Shown: positions 56,477 to 64,000 of the stretch, one piece after another | How positions within the stretch are numbered: position 1 is the stretch's first letter | How the letters are laid out: every line of letters begins with the position of its first letter | From: Pseudomonadota bacterium | Lineage (GTDB): Bacteria; Pseudomonadota; Alphaproteobacteria; Micavibrionales; UBA2020 | DNA: 64,000 nucleotides | Assembly: GCA_021849295.1 (NCBI GenBank) | Contig: JAJZTA010000014.1 | Location: 13,551 to 77,550 of the forward strand | Direction of reading: 5' to 3' | The notes under the pieces: generated by a model | What the model saw: only the letters and a program-made list of their open reading frames with translations | The model's database searches: none | What the model was told of the DNA's origin: nothing | Program-made: the position numbers and the translations under genes

Positions 56477-56743
56477 ATGAACCAGGGCCAGATTATAGAT
56501 TTCACCCGCGAAACGATCCTCCTGACGATCGAGATATCGATGCCCGTCATGCTGGTCGGCCTCGTCGTCGGCGTGATCATCTCGCTGATACAGGCCCTGA
56601 CGCAGGTGCAGGAAATGACACTGACCTTCGTGCCAAAGATCATCGCCATCTTCGCCACGATGTTCCTGCTCTTTCCGGTGATGATCACCCTGCTCACCGA
56701 ATTCATGGACAAGATCGCCAACCAGATCATCCATATCGGCTAA
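56477..56743 (+). CDS. fliQ: Flagellar export protein FliQ
   Basis: GVIISLIQALTQVQEMTLTFVPKI. Confidence 0.97.
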   Translation: MNQGQIIDFTRETILLTIEISMPVMLVGLVVGVIISLIQALTQVQEMTLTFVPKIIAIFATMFLLFPVMITLLTEFMDKIANQIIHIG

Positions 56744-56745
56744 AT

Positions 56746-57620
56746 CTATTTTTTTATAGCGATCCCCTCGGCCTTCCACATGCCCGGCCAGACTTCGCCC
56801 GTGCCGCCGCGGCGCATGGCGCGGATGTCGTCCAAAGGCACATCGCGCGCCAGCAGCGGCCCCGCGCCCTCCGCCGTATAAGACGGCTCCATGCCCGCCA
56901 GCACGCCGGTATGGCCGAACCGCTCCTCCGCTGGCAGAAAGAAGCTTGCGCCTGAAATCTTCTGCTCGCACTCCGGCGCGCCGGCAATGCAGCCGACGAC
57001 GGCCACGGCGACGAGCAGTTCCACCGCCCGCGCCCGCGCGCAGCTGAAAACGCGGTGATACCCCGCGAGCTTCGACGTCATCGACGGCACCAGGATCATG
57101 TCTATGTCCTGCCCGGCCAGACGCGCGCTCAAGGCCGGAAGCTCGATATCGAGGCAGACGACCACCGCCATCCGGTATCCCCTCCATTCAAAGATGTTCA
57201 GCGTATCGCCGCAGGACAGGTTCCAGTTCTGCGGGTCTTTTTCGACCGGCGTCAGGCAGAGCTTGTTCTGCGTCGCCATCTTTCCGTCGGGAAAGAAGAT
57301 GTGCGCCCTATTCTGGAACGGCGGGGCGAGATCCGCCCGCTTCACAGGGAACGTTCCCGCAACCAGCAGCAGGTCATGCCGCGCCGCCACGCCCGCCATG
57401 CGCTCTATGGCTTCCGCTGAAAGACCGGCCAGTTGCCAGTTGCTCCGGCCTGGACAGCGTGTGCGGTACGAAATTCAGCCAGTGCGCGGCTGTATATTCC
57501 GGCATCAGGAAAACTTCCGCCCCATCCGCCGGCTTTGACCTGCGCTTCCACCAGATCCGCCCATGCCGCGACGGACGCGACCGGATACGCCAGATTTTCC
57601 GCCCATAAGGCCACTTTCAT
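56746..57620 (-). pseudogene. Nitrilase / carbon-nitrogen hydrolase family gene with two frameshifts
   Basis: N-terminus MKVALWAENL, Glu motif FLMPEY and the K/C region (QNKLCLTP, CLDIE) lie in three different frames; 7-bp duplication at 57430-57443. Confidence 0.8.
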
Positions 57621-57656
57621 TGTTGTCTCCCGTAAAACCGCTTTATACGGCAATCC

Positions 57657-58301
57657 CTATAAAGCGATCAAGGGTCGCGGATCGGGAAAGTCCGTCGCGG
57701 GCACAGGCGGCGACATATAGCCGTCCACGGCTTCGGGATTGCCCTTGGCCTTGTCCATCTGCCCCTGCGAGACAAGCTGAACATGAAGATGGGGAAACCA
57801 CTGCCCGTTCTGGTGCGGCTTGCCGGTGTGGCCGACGATTTCGCCCGCCTCAACATGCTGCCCGACTTTAACGATGTCCTCCCAGGCGAGATGGCCGTAA
57901 TAGAGATAATCCGCCCCCGCGACAGGCGGCGCATCGAACCTGAAGACCAGCATGCCGCCCCATCCGCCGAAAGAGCCGTCCCGCGCGGTATGCGTGACCG
58001 TGCCGGAGCAGCAGAGCGCGACGCGCGTGCCGTCCGGCACGTTATAATCGACCCCGAGGTGCGCCTGCGGCCCTGCCGGCAGGTAATGCCCGCGCCAGAG
58101 ATGCGAGCGGTCCTCAAGATAGCCGCCGTAGGTATGGTCCGCGCCCTGCGCGCGGGCGACTTTTTGCACCCACGCGTTGCACTTTTCAGGATCGAGCAAG
58201 GGATTTTCCGCGCCCGTAAAGTCCCGCCGCGCCAGAGAATCAAGATTGACTTCAGCCCATGTCTTTCCTTTTAAATCAGGGAAAAGGTATTCTTTTTTCA
58301 T
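57657..58301 (-). CDS. M23 family zinc metallopeptidase, no signal peptide
   Basis: GGYLEDR, HLGVD (HxxxD), YYGHL, PHLHVQ (HxH). Confidence 0.88.
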   Translation of the reverse strand: MKKEYLFPDLKGKTWAEVNLDSLARRDFTGAENPLLDPEKCNAWVQKVARAQGADHTYGGYLEDRSHLWRGHYLPAGPQAHLGVDYNVPDGTRVALCCSGTVTHTARDGSFGGWGGMLVFRFDAPPVAGADYLYYGHLAWEDIVKVGQHVEAGEIVGHTGKPHQNGQWFPHLHVQLVSQGQMDKAKGNPEAVDGYMSPPVPATDFPDPRPLIAL

Positions 58302-58309
58302 GTTAAAAA

Positions 58310-59023
58310 TTAAGGATGCGGAGGCTTCCGGGTCGAGGGATGGCCTGCCTTGTCGGCGCCTTTCGCGTTTTGCCCGTCCGCCCCGCCAAGACCGAGTTTC
58401 TTGTTGAGGTCGGGAACCACGTGCTCTTCGCAGTCAATGGGATAGGCCGAGTTTTTCCACAGATAGCCTTTGTCGGCTTGCGGGTCCGTGCTGCGGGAGA
58501 ACACGACGACCATTTTTGCCGCATCCGTCGCATCCGGTTTGTAAGGTTCTTCGACGAACCCCATCTTTTTATAGAGAGAACGCGCTTTATCGTAATCTTC
58601 TTCAATCGTCGTCCAGATGCGCAGCGTTTTCACGTCCGGCTTCGCCTTGTCGATAAAACCATGCTGGACGAGTTGCGTTCCGATGCCGTTCTCGCGGTAT
58701 TGGGGCAAGACCCCCATCCAGTCGAGCCAGATGTCCTCCGGATGGCCCGGAATGGAGTAGTACCCTGTCACGCCGACGGGGTGTTCATTCTTGAAAACGA
58801 GGAAAAACTGGGAAGATTCGATAAAGGGAAGCTTGCTGTCGGGATCGAGCGAACCTGAAAATTCCTCGGTAATCGCCTCTCTGTCGCCATCGCCGAAAAT
58901 GGCGACGGCAAGATCGATGGCCTGCTGCAGGTTTTCTTTGTTAACCGGCTCGAAATCAAGGATGCGGGCGTGCCTGTCGAAGTCCTTCTGAATGCGATCC
59001 GCTGGTGCGCCGTCCTTTTTCAT
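58310..59023 (-). CDS. GNAT family N-acetyltransferase
   Basis: WLDWMGVLPQYRENGIGTQL, ARSLYKKMGF. Confidence 0.85.
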   Translation of the reverse strand: MKKDGAPADRIQKDFDRHARILDFEPVNKENLQQAIDLAVAIFGDGDREAITEEFSGSLDPDSKLPFIESSQFFLVFKNEHPVGVTGYYSIPGHPEDIWLDWMGVLPQYRENGIGTQLVQHGFIDKAKPDVKTLRIWTTIEEDYDKARSLYKKMGFVEEPYKPDATDAAKMVVVFSRSTDPQADKGYLWKNSAYPIDCEEHVVPDLNKKLGLGGADGQNAKGADKAGHPSTRKPPHP

Positions 59024-59151
59024 GCCCAAACCCTGTTCTGCAGCAAATTACTTTTATATAGTAACATAATACATAATTACGAAAAAAATATCAACTAATA
59101 ACTTCATTTTGCTGAACATTTGGGCAATATTGTGAAAAAACGGGATTTCAC

Positions 59152-60753
59152 ATGGATAAACTTGCGCAAAAACCGACCGTCACCACAACGACAGGCACCC
59201 TCGCCGGCCTACGGGACGAGGCGGAGGTCTTTTGCGTTTTCCGGGGGATCCCCTATGCCGAGCCGCCTGTCGGCGCTTTGAGGTTTATGCCTCCCGTGCC
59301 AAAAAAACCCTTTTCCGGCGTTTTTGACGCCGGCCGGTTCGGACATGCCGGTCCGCAGCCCTTTGACGAAACGGAAGGCAGCTACGAAGAATTCACGGAC
59401 GAAAAGCCCGGCAAGCCTTGGGTCGGCAACGAGGACAACCTGACCCTCAACGTCTGGACGCCCGACCCCGACGGCAAGAGGCGCCCTGTGATGGTCTGGA
59501 TCCACGGCGGCGCCAACTGGCTGGAAAGCAGCCGCCTGTCCACCTATCACGGCGACCGCTTCGTGGCGCGGGGCGACGTCGTTTTCGTGTCGCTCAACTA
59601 CCGTCTGGGGATTTTCGGCCATCTCGACATGAGCGTTCTGGGCGGCGACAAGTACAAAGGCAGCCACATGAACGGCCTGCGCGACCAAATCACCGCCCTG
59701 CGCTGGATCAAGGAAAATATCGCCGCCTTCGGCGGCGATCCCGAAAACATCACCGTCATGGGCGAGTCTGCGGGCAGCATCGACATCAGCTGGCTGCTGA
59801 CCGCCGGACATCTCGACGGCCTTGCGAAGCGCGTCGTCATGATGAGCGGCATCGCGGGACTCGTGGGGCTGAGCGGCGACCTGAAAACAGGGTTTACGCC
59901 AGCCTACGGGCAGGAACTGGCGCGGGATTTCCTCGCCAAAATGAATATCGGCTCCATGGAGCAGCTCCTCGCCCTCTCCACGGACGAGATCATGACGCGC
60001 GTCATGGCGGTCATGAAGAAGGTGGACATGCTGACTTACATGGACTCGCTGTTCTGGGCGCGCGTGGATGAAACGTTCGCGCCCGACGACCCTTTCCGCG
60101 CCGCCGCCAAGAGAAGCAACAACCCCATCGACATCATGATCGGCTATACGGCCTATGAGATGGGCCTATGGCTTTTCTGGGATGAAACGCTTGACCAACA
60201 TGCCTGCGACTGGGCGGCCGCCAGGATTATGGACTTCTCCCCCGCGCAACAGGCGGCCGCCGTGAAAACCTACGGGGAGAGCCTGCCGCAGGAAACAAGC
60301 GGCGTGCAGGGCATGTATCTGCTCGGAGATTCCATTTTCACCATCCCGTCCTACTGGTTTGCGGACGAATATGCCCACCACGGCGGAAATGTCTGGATGT
60401 ATCAGTTCGACTGGCAGTCCAACGACCGCCAGCGCGCGCTGCATGCAGCGGATCAGGCCTTCATGTTCGGCAAGCTGGAAACGCACGCCGCCAGCCATCT
60501 GATCGGCCTGCCCGCAAATCAGGCAGACCGCGAAAAAAGAGCGGCGTTATCGCGGGCCATGCAGGATTCCATCCTTGCCTTCGTCCGCGGCGGCGACCCG
60601 AATACCGGCGCTCTTCCCGCGTGGCCGAAATATGACGCTGAAAAGCGCTCCGTCATGCTCTTCAATACGGAATCCGAAATCAAAAAGGATCCTGTCGGGC
60701 CCCGCCGCCGGTGGTGGTACGACGCCGTTTACAAACCGGCCCTCGACGCCTGA
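59152..60753 (+). CDS. Carboxylesterase type B (PnbA-like)
   Basis: FRGIPYAEPP, EDNLTLNVW, VMVWIHGG, NYRLG, GESAG, LHAAD. Confidence 0.93.
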   Translation: MDKLAQKPTVTTTTGTLAGLRDEAEVFCVFRGIPYAEPPVGALRFMPPVPKKPFSGVFDAGRFGHAGPQPFDETEGSYEEFTDEKPGKPWVGNEDNLTLNVWTPDPDGKRRPVMVWIHGGANWLESSRLSTYHGDRFVARGDVVFVSLNYRLGIFGHLDMSVLGGDKYKGSHMNGLRDQITALRWIKENIAAFGGDPENITVMGESAGSIDISWLLTAGHLDGLAKRVVMMSGIAGLVGLSGDLKTGFTPAYGQELARDFLAKMNIGSMEQLLALSTDEIMTRVMAVMKKVDMLTYMDSLFWARVDETFAPDDPFRAAAKRSNNPIDIMIGYTAYEMGLWLFWDETLDQHACDWAAARIMDFSPAQQAAAVKTYGESLPQETSGVQGMYLLGDSIFTIPSYWFADEYAHHGGNVWMYQFDWQSNDRQRALHAADQAFMFGKLETHAASHLIGLPANQADREKRAALSRAMQDSILAFVRGGDPNTGALPAWPKYDAEKRSVMLFNTESEIKKDPVGPRRRWWYDAVYKPALDA

Positions 60754-60842
60754 TTTGTGACTCGCCAATAAGTCGCCCTGCCTATAGAATGGAAGATGGT
60801 ATGGGTGCCACTTTAATATATAGGCAATTGGTTTTCATATAG

Positions 60843-61616
60843 ATGCAAAATCTTCTGCAGGATATCATCGTCCATAATATCTTTGCGTTTCTGCTGATCT
60901 TCCTGCGCTTCGGCGTGGCGCTGATGATCATGCCCGGCATCGGCGACACGTTCGTTTCTCCCAAAATCCGCCTGCTGTTCGGGGTCGCGGTCAGCTTCGT
61001 CCTAACGCCCGTGCTCCTGACGCACCTGCCCGCAATCCCGGCCAACAACATCGCGCTGCTCATGCTGATGGTCTCCGAACTCGTCACCGGCATCTTCATC
61101 GGCACGGTGATGCGCATTCTCATCTCGGCGCTGGACACGGCGGGGACGATCGTCTCCGTGCAGGCCGGCCTCTCCACGGCCACGATGTTCAACGCCCAGA
61201 CCCACGCCGAAACGCCGATCATGAGCGCGGTCTATTCCGCGCTTGGCGTGACGCTGATCTTCGCGACGAACATGGACCACCAGATGATCTCCGCCGCGGC
61301 GAACAGCTACGCGCTTTTCCCCGTCGGCGCCTTTCCCGACGTGGGCTCGATGTCCGAGGTCATCACGCGCGTCACCTCCCTCGCCTTCCAGGTCGGCGTG
61401 CAGATCACGCTGCCCTTCATCGTCGTCGGCCTGCTGCTGCAGCTCGGCCTCGGCGTTCTCAGCCGCCTGATGCCGCAATTGCAAATCTTCTTTATCGCGC
61501 TGCCGGTGCAGATTTTCCTCAGCCTGCTGCTGTTGATGATGACCATGTCCGCCGGCGTCCTCTACTGGCTGGACAGCTACGGCAACGTTCTCTCCAATTC
61601 AATTCTATCGCAATAG
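60843..61616 (+). CDS. fliR: Flagellar export protein FliR
   Basis: FLRF ... MPG, ELVTGIFIG, AGTIVSVQAGL, SRLMPQLQIFFIALP; precedes flhB. Confidence 0.95.
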   Translation: MQNLLQDIIVHNIFAFLLIFLRFGVALMIMPGIGDTFVSPKIRLLFGVAVSFVLTPVLLTHLPAIPANNIALLMLMVSELVTGIFIGTVMRILISALDTAGTIVSVQAGLSTATMFNAQTHAETPIMSAVYSALGVTLIFATNMDHQMISAAANSYALFPVGAFPDVGSMSEVITRVTSLAFQVGVQITLPFIVVGLLLQLGLGVLSRLMPQLQIFFIALPVQIFLSLLLLMMTMSAGVLYWLDSYGNVLSNSILSQ

Positions 61617-61622
61617 GGCTTC

Positions 61623-62702
61623 ATGGCTGACGAAGACGATACAACAGACGAGTCGCAGAAGACAGAAGACCCGACCCCCCGACGGCTCGAGGAGGCGCGC
61701 AAGCGCGGACAGGTCGTCTACAGCCGCGAGGTCAACAACTGGGTCATCCTCTTTACCGTGACGATGATCGCGGCGCTGGAGCTGCCGCACATCATGTCAG
61801 ACATGGCCAACGTCATGGGCAATCTGATCGCGCAGTCCTACGACGTGCCGGGCGACCCCGCCAGCCTGCTTCACGCCGTGCGCGCCATCGCCGTGCGCGC
61901 CGCCAAAGACCTCGTCCTGCCGCTGCTGCTGCTCGCGCTCGCCGGCGTTCTCTCCGGTTTTTTGCAAACGGGCCCCATCTTCTCGTTCGACCCGATCACG
62001 CCGGATCTTTCGAAAATATCCCTCGCCAAAGGCTTCGAGCGGCTTTTTTCCGCGCGGTCGGTGGTCGAGCTGCTCAAGGGCGTCTTCAAGCTCATCCTCG
62101 TGTCCGCCGCCATCATCATCGTCCTCAAGCCCTATTTCGCGGGGCTCGGGCACTTCGTCGGGCTCGACCTGTCGCAGGCCCTGTCCGAAATGATGACGCT
62201 GTTCCTCAAAATGATGATCGCCGTTTTGAGCGTCCTCTTCTTCCTCGCCATCATCGACTATATGTTCCAGCGGCACGAGTTCATGCAGAACATGCGCATG
62301 AGCAAGCAGGACATTAAAGAAGAATTCCGCCAGACGGAAGGCGATCCGCAGGTCAAAGGGCGCCTGCGCCAGCTGCGCGAGCAGCGCGCCCGCCAGCGCA
62401 TGATGCAGGCCGTGCCCAAGGCCGACGTCGTCATCACCAACCCGACGCACTACGCCGTCGCCCTCAAATACGACACCCTGCAGATGGACGCGCCGGTCAT
62501 GGTCGCCAAAGGCGTGGACCTCGTCGCCGAGCGTATCAAGCAGGTGGCGAAGGAAAACCAGGTGCCGGTCGTCGAAAACCCGACGCTGGCGCGCGCGCTT
62601 TACGATTCCATGCAGATCGACCAGATGATCCCGCAGGACCATTACAAGGCCGTGGCCGAAGTTATCTCCTACGTCTTCAAGCTGAAGGGGAAGAAGCTCT
62701 GA
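61623..62702 (+). CDS. flhB: Flagellar export protein FlhB
   Basis: KTEDPTPRRLEEARKRGQV, EGDPQVK, ITNPTHYAVAL. Confidence 0.98.
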   Translation: MADEDDTTDESQKTEDPTPRRLEEARKRGQVVYSREVNNWVILFTVTMIAALELPHIMSDMANVMGNLIAQSYDVPGDPASLLHAVRAIAVRAAKDLVLPLLLLALAGVLSGFLQTGPIFSFDPITPDLSKISLAKGFERLFSARSVVELLKGVFKLILVSAAIIIVLKPYFAGLGHFVGLDLSQALSEMMTLFLKMMIAVLSVLFFLAIIDYMFQRHEFMQNMRMSKQDIKEEFRQTEGDPQVKGRLRQLREQRARQRMMQAVPKADVVITNPTHYAVALKYDTLQMDAPVMVAKGVDLVAERIKQVAKENQVPVVENPTLARALYDSMQIDQMIPQDHYKAVAEVISYVFKLKGKKL

Positions 62703-64000
62703 TGAACGACAAACCCGTCCATGACAGCTTCTTCCGCGAAAGGGCGTCCCAGAAAAAAGAGGCCGTCGTCCGCGAGAAAAACGTAAAGGCGATCATTCTC
62801 TTCTCCGCCAGCGCCGCATACGTCCTGTTCTCGCTACTTGTCATCCTGATGAGCGCCCACGGCTACCACGGTCTCTCCATCGTCGCCCTTTACACCTACG
62901 GCGTGATCGGCGGCATCGTCTTCCTGCTGCTCAAGCAGCACTACACCGATACCGACCGCAGCCACAAAATCCTCACCGAAGTCCTCGAAAAAAACGCGGA
63001 AGCCCGCGCCATCACCGATCCGGAAGGCGAAACCATATACAGCAACCAGCGGTTCAACGATCTAGTGGACAGCGCGGACATGCCGTCGCTCGCCAGCTTC
63101 TGCCGGCTTTTCGACAACCCCGCAAAAATCGAAAAAGCGCTCAACAACCTGCGCATCAAGTCCGCGCCCGACGGCAGCGCCACCACCGAATTCCAGCCCC
63201 AGGCCAAAGACAAGCCGCTCTGGGTCCAGGTCACCTGCCAGCACGTCGCGGGCTGGCCGGGCTTCGTCCACTGGCGGTTCGACGATATTTCGCCGCGCTA
63301 TCACATGGAAGCCGCCATCCGCGAAGAGCGCGAAAAGCTCCGCGACTTCACCGACAACGCGCCTGTCGGCTTTTTCTCCATCGGCGCGGACGGGCGCTTC
63401 ATCTTCGCCAACGACACGCTGCTGCAATTGCTGAAGGTGGACCGCGAAACGCTGATGACGCGCAAGACCCTGCACGACTTTCTCGTCACGCCGCCCGCGA
63501 ACGCCCGCCCCTGCGACGTTTTCGAGGGCGGCGGCCTGCACCAGTACGACGAACTCGCCATGAAAACCGCCACCGGCCACGTTTTCAAGGCCGCCATCAC
63601 CCACTCCATCACCCTCTCCGCCGACACAGGGCTGATCTCCCGCTCTATCATCTACGATCTGACCTCCGAGCAGAACATGGAAGAGGCCTTGCGCGAATCC
63701 GAAGACCGCTTCCAGCGGCTGTTCGAAGAGGCGCCGGTGGGTATCTGCATGCTCAGCGCGGGCGGCACGATCAGCGACGCCAACCGCAAGCTCGCCGCGA
63801 TGCTGCGCCAGCCCGCCGCCGTCCTCAACGGCCAGCGCCTGACCGAATACATAGGCCCCGACGCGCAAAAGCGCACCGGCGAGTGGCTCGAACGCATCGC
63901 CAAGGGAGACAGATCCATCCCCTTCATCGAGGTGCCGCTCAAAGCCGACGCGGACATCATCACGCAGCTTTACGCCCGCCGCTTCAGCGGCAGCGACAGC
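62702..64000 (+). CDS. cckA: TM-PAS sensor protein, probably hybrid kinase CckA (runs off the window; absent from the ORF track)
   Basis: ATG overlaps the flhB stop; open to the window end; two TMs then PAS domains (DFTDNAPVGFFS, RFQRLFEEAPVGI); flhB-cckA adjacency is common in alphaproteobacteria; kinase domain not visible. Confidence 0.75.
   Translation, partial: MNDKPVHDSFFRERASQKKEAVVREKNVKAIILFSASAAYVLFSLLVILMSAHGYHGLSIVALYTYGVIGGIVFLLLKQHYTDTDRSHKILTEVLEKNAEARAITDPEGETIYSNQRFNDLVDSADMPSLASFCRLFDNPAKIEKALNNLRIKSAPDGSATTEFQPQAKDKPLWVQVTCQHVAGWPGFVHWRFDDISPRYHMEAAIREEREKLRDFTDNAPVGFFSIGADGRFIFANDTLLQLLKVDRETLMTRKTLHDFLVTPPANARPCDVFEGGGLHQYDELAMKTATGHVFKAAITHSITLSADTGLISRSIIYDLTSEQNMEEALRESEDRFQRLFEEAPVGICMLSAGGTISDANRKLAAMLRQPAAVLNGQRLTEYIGPDAQKRTGEWLERIAKGDRSIPFIEVPLKADADIITQLYARRFSGSDS

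Overview
This is a high-GC chromosomal segment of an alphaproteobacterium. Gene order and accessory genes suggest a Rhodospirillales/Micavibrio-like lineage, which is an inference. The core backbone, left to right, is nadD(partial)-rsfS-rlmH-envC-S41 protease-divergent polysaccharide deacetylase-rppH; zauP-like/zapA-6S RNA-5-FTHF cyclo-ligase-ymdB-like; dksA; valS; yebC-ruvCAB-ybgC-tolQRAB; a purine-catabolism operon (xdhABC-aceB-puuD) with a divergent adenine deaminase; copA; fumC; a BioC-like methyltransferase and comF; and flagellar genes (flhB-like short paralogue, fliO, fliP / flgB, flgC, fliE, fliQ ... fliR, flhB) followed by a partial cckA-like kinase. No mobile element, rRNA, tRNA or CRISPR array is visible. 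The best candidate for an undescribed system is a three-gene operon at 9476-15715. It encodes a 999-aa protein (degenerate metallopeptidase, ~230-aa acidic tether, VWA/MIDAS), a 960-aa MoxR-like AAA+ ATPase with a C-terminal MshEN-like (c-di-GMP-type) motif pair, and a 114-aa protein. Other points of interest are a 32-codon repeat peptide with alternative hairpins upstream of an MFS gene, an 890-aa methyltransferase with two degenerate Nudix-like domains, a 10-bp-period repeat array upstream of dksA, a DUF3137 triplication in graded decay, apparently leaderless rsfS/xdhA/add, and basic Pro-rich C-terminal tails shared by many accessory proteins. All calls come from reading motifs and gene order by eye; no database search was run.
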